A stretch of DNA of 64,000 bases, taken from Tubulanus polymorphus (Eukaryota > Animalia > Nemertea). Position 1 is the first letter of the stretch. Every line of letters begins with the position of its first letter. The stretch covers positions 7,162,451 to 7,226,450 of the forward strand of contig NC_134035.1 of the NCBI RefSeq assembly GCF_964204645.1. The letters run 5' to 3'. Position numbers and translations under genes: made by a program. A model generated the notes under the pieces. It did no database searches and was not told the origin of the DNA. It saw nothing but the letters and a program-made list of their open reading frames with translations. Shown here piece after piece: positions 48,677-59,568 of this stretch.

Positions 48677-50845
48677 AGAAACCGAACCACTCACTTCATT
48701 AAAGAAAATCCTCCACGATGGAACTATATTGACCTATTCTGGAGTTGAACCAAAAATTCCAAGAATCGCCAGCAAATATCTGCATTTCATTTCCTTTAAA
48801 ATGGTGTATAAATTGATTTCATCGAGCAAGGGACTGCAGAACTATATGATATTCAATCTAAACTTATGTTTTAAAATTGAGCGCAAATTATCGCAACCAT
48901 AGGGACCTCGAGGGACCGCCTAGAAACTGGAAACTTCTTTATTAATGGGTACCGATTTGTTGTTTTTGATCGGTTCAAAAACGAAATCTTTTAAACGCGG
49001 TATCAATTTATCATAATACGGCACGAAATCATTTCTTAATTTCGAATTCGTAATTGCCCGGTTGCTGCAATAAACCTTCTTTTTGGCATTTCTTAAATCG
49101 ACATTATAATGTTTTTAATTTCTTTGTCAATGCATCCGATTCTATGACGTAGATATCTTACCGTATTTTCTTCCAAATGTCGGTGGCACAACAGCTGTGC
49201 GGCAGTAGGAAACGGCTGCCGAATAGCTTTAAGTATCGCTTTTTCTTCGTCCGAACCGAAAATATGTTCCGAAAGACCGAGCTCCGTATCAATGTCTCCG
49301 ACGTCGAGTTTTGTATGCAAATGGCTGAAAAATATTTGGTACGTACAGCACTGGCCATCTCAATGCGGACAAACCGGGCCTACCGGGATTTGCGGCTCTC
49401 CAGTCGACCAGCCTAATAAATACGGGCTTTTACAAACCGTTACTGTTATGAAACAAGCACCTAAATTGAATGTACGGTCTACACGAGAACAGATTTACCA
49501 TCCCCATTTTTACAGCAAAATTTCCGTTCGTCTTTTAATTGCTGGGCTCAGCTGTTTCACAAAAAAGTTTAACTCAAATTTTTGGCGTAATTGCTATTGG
49601 TTACTTCATATTTTCAATGAGGACAACAATTCAAACTTAACCGTTTTAGGCTTAAACTTTTTCGTGAAACAGGTCCCAGGTCTAGATATAGGAGAGCCAT
49701 AGGTGGCGCCCCGTTCTTAGAACCAATAACTTCCTGTACGAATTCGCTGTAGTTAAGCATGTTCATAACAGATTGCACCTCATCGGCTACATTTTGTCTA
49801 TTCTCCCTAGAAGGTGTACTTTGTAGGGATTGCTTGATATTTTGAACCTGTTTCAAATTTCGAGGTGTACTTGCGGAGTTATCGAGCATCATTTGTGTGT
49901 AGATTTCACGTGGATTGACATCTTTTACTGAACTCTAAATTTTATCGATATGGTTTCCGTCGTAGTCCAAATATATTTGTAATCTATAATTCTTTCGCAT
50001 TTCCATGAGTAGTAGTGCATGTCGGCATAGTTCTTAAAAAATTCGACAAGTGCCACTTTATTGTTTTCATCAAATGAATCCTGAGATTTTTCAATCCAGG
50101 TAACTCGACGCTTGTAGGTATTGTCTCTGTTTAATGTGCTGTACGATACCTTTATACGCATTATATCCGATTCGTCGGGTTGGGGATCACATGGCTGCCA
50201 CTTGGCTTTCTGTTTCGTGCAGTACCATTCATTTTTCATCTCGAAAAAACTGAAAAGGTATTTAGAATATATAGTAAAATTTACACAGAGTAATTCTATG
50301 AGTTTAAAGATACTGTAATTAAATTTCATCGGGTTTTAGACTCTAAACTACCCGATGTGTATTAGAAGTAGAAATATACTCGTATGTACGTTGTTTCGTT
50401 GATGACGATTTCGAATCCCACGCACCGCAATCATCGATGAATAAACTGTTATTAACTTTTTTGCGGCTTTTCGAAATTTTTTATTCTCCACGATGAAAAA
50501 GACGTCATTCTTTGTACCCTTCGGTGAACCGATTAAGGAAGGAATGTATTTCAATGCGACGATACAAGCATCAAACGAGAGAAGATGGTCGTTGTAAATT
50601 TTTTGTGAATTTTCGGGTATAAATAAAGATAAACCATCGTAGTTCATTAGCTATGAATAGAAAAAGGCCATCAGCCGCTCGCGATGACACGATGAAACGA
50701 TGAAAATCGAATCATCCCGAATACCTTTGCAATTTTTATGAGGGCCTCGAGTTGGATTCAATCACTCGACTGAGCTGTCATTGAGACTGCTTCATCCTTT
50801 AATTCTGATTGACTATTAACATTTTCGTCAGAACATCGACAGCGT

Positions 50846-51037
50846 AGCCTGCACACCTTAACCTTTTTAGCGCACGGTAAAATCGCACGCGGAAATATCA
50901 AACATGTTTCATTTTTTGCGATGAAGCGATGATGCGATCAAATCGGCTCTGGATGCCACCGCATACCTTTACGATGATGCGATAAAACTATGCGATGGAA
51001 CTATCATACGATCAATCGCAAAGGTGTGCGCCGGGCT
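50846..51037. mobile_element. Small Harbinger-like MITE
   Basis: Imperfect terminal inverted repeats agcctgcacacctt / aaggtgtgcgccgggct, with gcgat repeats inside. Confidence 0.4.
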
Positions 51038-51584
51038 GCCTAGCCTTGCTAACCCTCACGGTTTCACTGTATTTTCGTTACATAGCCGGGCGAGCGTGTT
51101 TACGTTGTCGGTCGACGTCGCACGTACGTATACCACGCGGTCAATCCACGAATGTAGAGACAGATGAAACTTTATGAACTTATGGGTTACCAAATTTATT
51201 TGAGGGTAATGAGTACGTAAATGCAGAAACAATTAAGACAGTGTCTGCATTGTCTTTGTTTTTAGATTATTCCAGTATAGGCCTGCTTTTATTTCATGGT
51301 TAGTAATAATGACCCAACAATACAGGACAAAAGTACCCTAACAAAATGGCGGCTAGCAACTGTAAAATGGTTTATTCACTGATGTTGTTAAACATAAATA
51401 TGGAAATAAAGGAGCATTTCCGGCCCAAGTCCGATATACGACATTATAGTGCAACGTGTAGAGATACTTTTGGAGTAAATCAGGGAATTAATGCGCAAGC
51501 TGAAATATAAAAGCGTAGTAATATGGAACTAAAAGAAGTTCCATGAAAATAGATCCTTGATTGGGGATCCATATTCTACAGCTG

Positions 51585-51955
51585 ATGACACGCGACACCT
51601 TACATACTAGGGTGATGACTCTAAATGACGGTTGACAGATGACACCCAACACACCAGTTAGGTGACGACTCGACAGGACGGTTGACAGATGACACCCTAC
51701 ACACCAGTTAGGTGACGACTCCACAGGACGGTTGACAGATAACACCATACACACCAGTTAGGTGACGACTCGACAGGACGGTTGACAGATGACACCCAAC
51801 ACACCAGTTAGGTGACGACTCGACTGGACGGTTGACAGATGACACCCTACACACCAGTTAGGTGACGACTCCACAGGACGGTTGACAGGTGGACACCCTA
51901 CACACCAGTTAGGTGACGACTCCACAGGACGTTTGACATGTGACACCCTACACAT
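51585..51955 (+). repeat. 50-bp tandem repeat, about 7 copies
   Basis: Unit gatgacacccaacacaccagttaggtgacgactcgacaggacggttgaca. Confidence 0.92.
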
Positions 51956-52056
51956 CCTCCCTATGATAACCCAAGATGAACGACACGTCTGGTTGCATTA
52001 GAAGAGAAAAAAAATATCATTGAAAAGTAAACGTCGTGGCCATCTGCAATTCGATC

Positions 52057-52117
52057 GAATTGAAACCCCACCGATACGATTACGAGCGCAGCGTCATACC
52101 ACAAGACCAACGAGCTC
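52057..52117 (-). pseudogene. Degenerate tRNA-derived sequence (SINE head or pseudo-tRNA, Pro-like 5' half)
   Basis: The minus strand reads GAGCTCGTTGGTCTTGTGGTATGA...GGGTTTCAATTC. It resembles the tRNA-Pro A box and a decayed B box, with no intact cloverleaf. Confidence 0.35.
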
Positions 52118-55100
52118 GCTGACAACCATGTGAATGTTTTAACTATCTATAGTACCTCACCTTACCCTAATCCTATCCCTAGGGGTAAAACGGAACCCTC
52201 TGGACCCTCTTCTCACCCTTTTGACACTAACCCTATCGAAACCCTAGCCCTAAACCCAATATATATAGTAATAATTTACGGTAAGATAGTGGAAGTAAAT
52301 ACTTTAAATATCCACTTCGGCTAAATATACGGTTAAATATCCACTTCGTAAAAGGCTAAACGCTGGTGTAATAATCTTGGGTCTGTATCGCAGTCCGGAA
52401 AAATCCAGCGTTTCGGCGTTAAGCGGTTACCCCCTGGTGAAAGTGCTTCTGGAGTTGGCTTAAAGAATAAATGCCTTGTCGCATACATGGTACGACATCC
52501 TTTACGAAATAAATTATCCCCAGCGCTTTTGAGGTTCGATAGAATTCATGCTTGAATCAGCTGCTAGCTGTACTGACAGATTGGATGTTGATATTTCGTT
52601 TTTATACCGAAATAAAGTAAGCACGCTCAATGAAGCAGGAACTATAATAGGTACATATGGGGACGCTTATTCACGCATGAACTTGCCTGTTTTGACAGTG
52701 AAATCACTGAAGTGCATGCGAATTTGCCCCGGAAATAGACTTGCAATTTTATGCATGTACCTTTTTGGTATTTTCGAAATATTAAACATATATAGGCCTA
52801 TGTCATCCGCAACCTTATGATTCTACACACTGCATATAAGATAGACAATGACAATCTATAATGAAGAAAATATCAGCAAAAGGCAGATGAAATTAAAGCC
52901 ACACTGTAGTCATGGTTGACAGGTTGCCTCTCGTCGTTTACTCTAACTGTCAACTGTCAACTGTCAAACGCTGTTAACACTGACCGAAGAACGCAGTGTA
53001 ACTCTACACACGCACTATAATGTCGTATACTGGACTAGCACCGCATTTCCTTTTGAAGAGAATGTCCCTGTGCTGTCAACATTGGTAAGTAATTTTTAAG
53101 AATATTCCATACTTGGGAGAATATTACCAGGTACCTTTATAGTGTCCGATGTTGGTCACACTAGGATCATAGAGCGATGGAGTTTATTGTGGATACAACC
53201 ACTTCCAGGACGGGTTGAAGGGAGCAATAGCTTTGATTCAGTGTTATAAAACCTACAGTGAAAAATTGATTACTGACGAGTTAAATTTCAAACTTGGTAG
53301 GCTAAGTTATGAAAATATTTCTTGCTCGTTCATTTCATCGATATTTTCATGGTTACAGATGCCGTTCGCAAATCTTATAACTGAATCAGACATCATGGAA
53401 GTTATGCGAAATCACATGCTGCTGGATTGAGTTGGCTGTCAAGAGGAAACTAACACCATAACGAATCTTAGAATAAACTGACTATGTCTAATTCTTGATT
53501 TCTTAAATCGATAAGTAGATTACTACAATTCGTAGTAAGGTTGTGCTTTTTCATGGTTTGTTAGTTTTGATTTTATTTTTGGAGTTAATTATGTCATATG
53601 TAAACCATTTGTTAATCATAAAATGTTATTTCTATATGTGTTTCAAGTATATTTGCTTGTTTCTGGTTTTATTGGTAGCTTATCAGGCTAACATTTCGGT
53701 TGGTATTGAGTCATATTCAGATTTAATATGATCTGCAAACAGGTTGGGTGGAGGTCTAGACGCAGACGTTGTTATTCCATGTTCATACGACGTTGGACTG
53801 ACATGTTATAATTTGGTTTAAATCTAGTTGGATATTGGTTGTTTTATGGCGTTGATTTCTCGTCGGACTATGAACGTCGATTCACTTTTCAAAATCATTC
53901 TACAGACGACGTCGAAACAGAACGTCGTTTCAACGTTGATTCAACGTTGATGTGCCCACTGGGGCCCTGGTCCAGTGTCATTGCACTGTGTCGTACACGC
54001 AGCAACTGTTGGTAACGTAGACATTTTATACAATGATCAATGTCGTGAGTATGGAGGCATCTCGACTAGGACCTTTTGCCGATCGTTAGTAGCATTGGTG
54101 AATGTTGGTGAATATATGATAATAATCAAAAGGATAACGATAGGATTTTGGCAAAGAAGCAGAAAACCCTGATTACAGTATAGATGTGTAGATTATTACA
54201 ACCGACTTAGAGATATTTTACATATTTTCAAGCGTTATCACTTTATGCAACAAATGAATGAAACCGAAACGAATGTTCTATGAACTCCATATTCCATGCG
54301 CGTAAGTAAACGTGAAACTTTAACACGTGTGAACATTGGAAATTGGAACCCAATCCTTAAAAGAAACGTAAAATTCAGAGAGACCTGAGCTAGAACCTAG
54401 TCTTTTTTTCGCAACATGATTGGATCATTCGTGAAAATTACAAGCACAACAGCTGGCATTCCCTTTTGAACAACGTAGTGCGGTTTTATTTCAACAGAAT
54501 CTTTCAAGAACGCGATTCTATTTCAACGGAATATTTCATGTTATGCAGCTATCAATGTGAATCGTGAATCCTGACCTAACCCCCCCTCCCCCCAAGTGAG
54601 ATATACGTCGGATCTGCATATAAGCCTGGGCGTATCAACATCGAAACGTCGTTAGGTGGATGGCGAATATTAAATGTTGGTTGCTCGACGGATGTCTGAC
54701 TTCCTCTCTCTCCAGGGATTTTTGTTGGGAGTCTCGGAATTCTGACGAAAATATTCGCGTGAACGTGAAATCTTGACGAACAGAAACTTTTAATCATATT
54801 GTTAAAAGAATAACTGTTCCTGTCAACCTAACACGTGAACATTTGGTCCGACTAGCCCATAGGTGGCGTTTTGACGGAAGGCCGCGGCTGAGTCCGTGTT
54901 TCCATTGACGAGTTAAGGTCTGCGATGGCAACGGAACCACAATCATTCTCTGTAGTATTACTGCTTAAACATAAAGTATATACATGTATACCCACCAAGA
55001 ATCTAAAGAAATTCTTGTCGTCTCCGAAATAGAAAAAAACCCTTAAGTTGAAAAATTTGCTTTTCATCTTGTCTCCTTGTCATGAATTTTTGACAAATGA

Positions 55101-55271
55101 TGATCTCGGATGAAAGTTTTTGGTGAATTGTGATTTTAAGCTAGGTGTTTAAGTATTAAAGCCTGGTATAGGTGTTGATATCCTGTTAGGGGGGGGGGGG
55201 GCGGGGGAGGTGGTCCAGGGTTCACATTGATAGCATATAACCTAAGTATATAAGCTATAGCTGGATTAGAG

Positions 55272-58200
55272 TCACATATTCACGTTTGTTCTGTAATAGT
55301 AATCGAAAACGGAACCGATTTCCAATTGTGTCTGCATTTCTGAACTACTTAATTCGCACAGTCTCACTGATTTGTTCGAATCTGTTTGTAAATTTGCAGA
55401 CTTACAATTGAAACTTATGGAACAAAATGATAAACATTCAGTCGCACTTCGAACATTAACTGACATGAATCTGCCTGACATTGTTCGCCTTGCGCGAATA
55501 CGTTTCCATCGATATGTCATCAGACCCTGTATTCCTCCAATTTGAGCCATCGTTGTAGACTCAGTTGTTTGTTCCACGATAGTTGATGTAGACCATTCTA
55601 CAGGAGAGGTAGACGGGTTGATGGTTGTTGAAGGTTCTGTGGTAGTTGTTGTAGGTTCCGTGGTAGTTGTTGTTGGCTCTGTGGTAGTTGTTGTAGGTTC
55701 CGTGGTCGTTGTTGGCTCTTTCGTAGTTGTTGTTGGCTCTGTAGTAGTTGTTGTATGTTCCGTGGTAGTTGTTGTTGGCTGTGTAGTAATTGTTGTTGCC
55801 TGTGTGGTAGTTGTTGTTGGCTCCGTGGTAGTTGTTGTTGGCTCTGTGGTAGTTGTTGTTGGCTCCGTGATAGTTGTTGTTGGCTCTGTTGTAGTTGTTG
55901 TAGGTTCCGTGGTAGTTGTTGTAGGTTCCGTGGTAGTTGTTGTTGGCTCTGTGGTAGTTGTTGTAGGTTCCGTGGTAGTTGTTGTTGGCTCTGTGGTAAT
56001 TGCTGTAGTTTCCGTGGTAGTTGTTGTTGGCTCTGTGGTAGTTGTTGTAGGTTCCGTGGTAGTTGTTGTAGGTTCCATGGTAGTTGTTGGCTCTGTGGTA
56101 GTTGTTGTAGGTTCCGTGGTAGTTGTTGTTGCCTCTGTGGTAGTTGTTGTAGGTTCCGTGGTAGTTGTTGTTGGCTCTGTGGTAGTTGTTGTAGGTTCCG
56201 TGGTAGTCGTTGTTGGCTCTGTGGTAGTTGTTGATGGCTCTGTGGTAGATGTTGTAGGTTCTGTGGTAGTTGTTGTTGGCTCTGTGGCAGTTGTTGTAGG
56301 TTCCGTGGTAGTCGTTGTTGTAGATTGTATGGCTGTTAAGTAGAGACTATCAGCTTGAGAGTTCCATGAAATAGACACTAGCGAGAATTGGCAACAGCTT
56401 GTGTTTACATGCTTCCTCCATACCTTTTTTCTGGCAAATTATCTCTTGGTCGTTCGTACATTCTCTTTTCTCCCATTTTTCACCCTTATTGTGACTTCTT
56501 ACGCATAATTTGCTCGAGTCAAATTTCTGATTAATGAAATCATTATCGGCATTAGCATACGTCGGTTTTCCCCCACTTGCTATCCACAAGTAAGTCTGAG
56601 TTGCCAATGTCGCACGTAGCCCCAGCCAAAAGTCATTTCTGTCGTGAGGTCTGTTGTATAAAAGACACATAATTATAGTAAACTTTTTAGGGATTAAGAC
56701 TATAATACAAATTAGCTAGATAATTTGTCAATAAAAATTTGTATGATATCATTGTTTGATACGTATTTGTCTGATAATTCGATATTAGGGAAGTTGTTCA
56801 GTTGTTGTTATCAAGTCGCCATATTTATGTCGACATACCGCGATATATCGCGTCAAGTCGACATGAATATGTCGATATATCGTGACGTTTTGATGACATA
56901 TTTCGTTTTCACGACCACTTTCCTCGCGACAAGTCGACATATTCATGACGAATTACAACTCAGTCGTCATATCACTGGTGTCCTCATCTTACATTTAGAC
57001 ATGTCTTCAAATGACGGCTTGTCCCGTGGAAAATGGGCAAAAAAGCGAAATTTGTCGTGATACAGTCACGATATGTCGACATCTTCATGTCGACTTGACG
57101 CGATATATCGCGGTTTGTCGACATAAATATGACGACTTGTCGAGTTGGAACGCGACATCTCGAGGCCCTTTATCGCTTCCGTAGATACGACTACCGAATT
57201 TGGCCCAGACAGTCGCTCGTGAAAACGGTAGCGTTTACTACGTACTTGTCGTGTGCCAGGAATAGCTGCCCAGATGTCTACGGAAGCGATAAAGGGCCTC
57301 GAGATGTCGCGTTCCAACTCGACAAGTCGCCATATTTATGTCGATATATCGCGATATATCGCGTCAAGTCGACATGAATATGTCGACATATCGTGACGAT
57401 TTCACGACAAATTTCGCTTTTTCGCCCATTTTTCACGGGACAAGCCGTCATTTGAAGACACGTCTAAATGTAAGGTAAGGACGCCAGTGAAATGACGACT
57501 GAGTTTCAAGTCGTCGTGAATATGTCGACTTGTCGCGAGGAAAGTGGTCGAGAAAACGAAATATGTCGTCAAAACGTCACGATATATCGACATATTTATG
57601 TCGACTTGACGCGATATATCGCGGTATGTCGACATAAATATGACGACTTGTCGAGTTGGAACGCGACATCTCGAGGCCCTTTATCGCTTCCGTAGGGGGC
57701 AATTAAATTGTAGCTGGTGGTCTCCAAAATCAAAGCCGTGCAAACGAGTATCAACGTGCTAGAATCAAGGGATCAGTACGGAAGCGATAAGGGGCCTCGA
57801 GATGTCGCGTTCCAACTCGACAAGTCGCCATATTTATGTCGATATATCGAGATATATCGCGTCAAGTCGACATGAATATGTCGTCATATCGTGACATTTT
57901 CACGACAAATTTCGCTTTTTTGCCCATTTCCCACGGGAAAAGCCGTCATTTGAAGACACGTCTAAATGTAAGACGAGGACGCCAGTGATATGACGACTGA
58001 GTTTCAAGTCGTCATGAATATGTCGACTTGTCGCGAGGAAAGTGGTCGAGAGAACGAAATATGTCGTCAAAACGTCACGATATATCGACATATTCATGTC
58101 GACTTGACGCGATATATCGCGGTATGTCGACATAAATATGATGACTTGTCGAGTTTGAACGCGACATCTCGAGGCCCCTTATCGCTTCCGTAGATCAGCA

Positions 58201-59568
58201 ATATAACAAAGTAAAATGATCGATTCAATGACGGTTAGGTGATACACGTGTAGGGCTATCTCGACCGAGTCACGGGGAGGCCCTTCATTCATCCCAAATT
58301 AACTTATCAACTCACAAGACGGTCTCTCCAAGGAATAAATCTTCGTCAAGGGACATAACTGACGGAAGATGTGCTTCGACTCCATAGTATCTCATGCACA
58401 TTTTTTGTGCATCGTCCAAAGTTAGTTTCGTGTCGACGAACATGAAACATGAGCTGGTCGGGGTGTATTCATGCCAGCCCGCATCACACGTAGCAAACAC
58501 TAGAATCGAAAACGGAAAGAAGAAAATCTATATCTATTATCTCTCATTATTTGAACAGAAAGGTCGGAGCCAATTCTGAAAATCGAAGTGTTCTAAAACA
58601 CATTCTCCCCTGCAGGGATTCGAACATGATGGCATCGAGATTGCCACGGTACGAAACTCATCCACACTAGACCGATCGCGCGGCTACACGCAGCTTAGAT
58701 GATGTCATTATCAGCCAATCAGATATCCCGTTATATTTTAGCCCGGGTTTTTCCATTTATAGTTCTTCCGTGAAATTTACCTCGGCGATTATACAACGAG
58801 CAATCTGATTGGTGCCGCAAGTTTTCGCGCGGCAAAGCTGCGCATGTACCTGCGCACCCGGTCTACTATGGCAGGGGCTCGTGCCGTGGGTCAGTGTAGC
58901 GATGCCATCAGGTTCGAATCCCTGCAGTAGGAGGGTGTCTAAAACAATGATATGTTTTCTGAAAAAAATACATTCAAGCCAATCAGAATTGTTTCTACGT
59001 TTTGAACGTAAACATACGGAAGCGATACGGGGCCTCGAGATGTCGCGTTCAAACTCGACAAGTCGTCATATTTATGTCGACATACCGCGATATATCGCGT
59101 CAAGTCGACATGAATATGTCGATATATCGTGACGTTTTGACGACATATTTCGTTTTCTCGACCACTTTCCTCGCGACAAGTCGACATATTCACGACGAAT
59201 TGAAACTCAGTCGTCATTTCACTGGTGTCCTCATCTTACATTTAGACGTGTCTTCAAATGACGGCTTGTCCCGTGGAAAATGGGCGAAAAAGCGAAATTC
59301 GTCGTGAAAACGTCACGATATGTCGACATATTCATGTCGACTTGACGCGGTATATAGCGTTATATCCACATAAATATGGCGACTTGTCGAGTTTGAACGC
59401 GACATCTCGAGGCCCTTTATTGCTTCCGTATAAACAAGAGGTTTTGCTTCCTGTCCAAATCTGAAATTCTCATTACAATCGCAATGTCTCTTGTTTAGAA
59501 AATGATTTATATATATGCATACCTGTCAATGCAAAATCAATAAGAAAATAGATCCTCAACAAAAACAT
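55272..59568 (-). CDS. Secreted C-type lectin domain - Thr-rich mucin stalk - PAN/apple domain protein (about 505 aa)
   Basis: Exons 59568-59523 (signal-like MFLLRIYFLIDFALT), 58499-58316 (CDAGW...SSCF...AQKMC...HLPSV), 56650-56424 (FWLGL...WI...C...WEKREC...ICQK) and 56332-55272 (TTTTTEP repeats, then VRSATECLSFCSISFNCKSANL...CELS) join in phase, giving 1518 nt. Confidence 0.85.
55625..56320 (-). repeat. Coding 21-bp minisatellite (TTTTTEP, about 33 units; mucin-like O-glycosylation region)
   Basis: Repeated gtggtagttgttgt(t/a)gg(c/t)tc units within the last exon. Confidence 0.95.
56812..57183. mobile_element. IS3EU-like MITE, copy 1 (left end truncated)
   Basis: It ends in ...TATCGCTTCCGTA, and the body is near-identical to the other copies. 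Confidence 0.75.
57279..57694. mobile_element. IS3EU-like MITE, copy 2
   Basis: TACGGAAGCGATA...TATCGCTTCCGTA with long terminal inverted repeats. No matching TSD. Confidence 0.8.
57777..58192. mobile_element. IS3EU-like MITE, copy 3
   Basis: TACGG termini with a 6-bp TSD, GATCAG. Confidence 0.85.
58603..58935. mobile_element. Palindromic repeat with tRNA-like arms, copy 3
   Basis: Inverted arms CTGCAGGGATTCGAACATGATGGCATCG ... CGATGCCATCAGGTTCGAATCCCTGCAG. Confidence 0.7.
59015..59430. mobile_element. IS3EU-like MITE, copy 4
   Basis: TACGG termini with a 6-bp TSD, TAAACA. Confidence 0.85.

Larger units (their letters stand above)
46775..48751. mobile_element. Merlin-like non-autonomous element (GG termini, 8-bp TSD) carrying tandem arrays
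   Basis: Terminal inverted repeats GGCTCAACTCCAGAACAGGT / ACCTATTCTGGAGTTGAACC, with TSD AAAAATTC at 46767-46774 and 48752-48759. Confidence 0.7.
45216..48940. mobile_element. Foldback-type non-autonomous DNA transposon with ~500-bp TIRs and an AT target-site duplication (ISL2EU/PIF-like by TSD)
   Basis: 45216-45710 is the reverse complement of 46468-46774 plus 48760-48940. The empty site gtcca-AT-taatggg can be rebuilt from the MULE reading frame. Confidence 0.8.
44830..50650 (-). pseudogene. Disrupted Mutator (MULE) DDE transposase, split by a nested insertion
   Basis: Motifs are SVDRTFNLG, FGSDEEKAILKAIRQPFP...LLCHRHL (D...CxxH), then VPIN|WT across the insertion and KLHEIVKLQYADIRRAIHGQGNY on the left side. 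It contains several stops and frameshifts. Confidence 0.85.

Noticed and set aside
51585-51955. Possible CRISPR array or repeat-protein ORFs
   Set aside because: It is a plain 50-bp tandem repeat, and the ORFs are by-products of it.
55618-56343. Plus-strand Val-rich (241 aa) and Cys-rich (159 aa) ORFs
   Set aside because: These are antisense shadows of the TTTTTEP mucin repeat. The minus frame is the one that splices to the lectin exons.
56725-59464. Repeated small ORFs (MSTYRDISRQVD..., MTTEFQ...) as a peptide gene family
   Set aside because: All of them derive from the four copies of the palindromic MITE.
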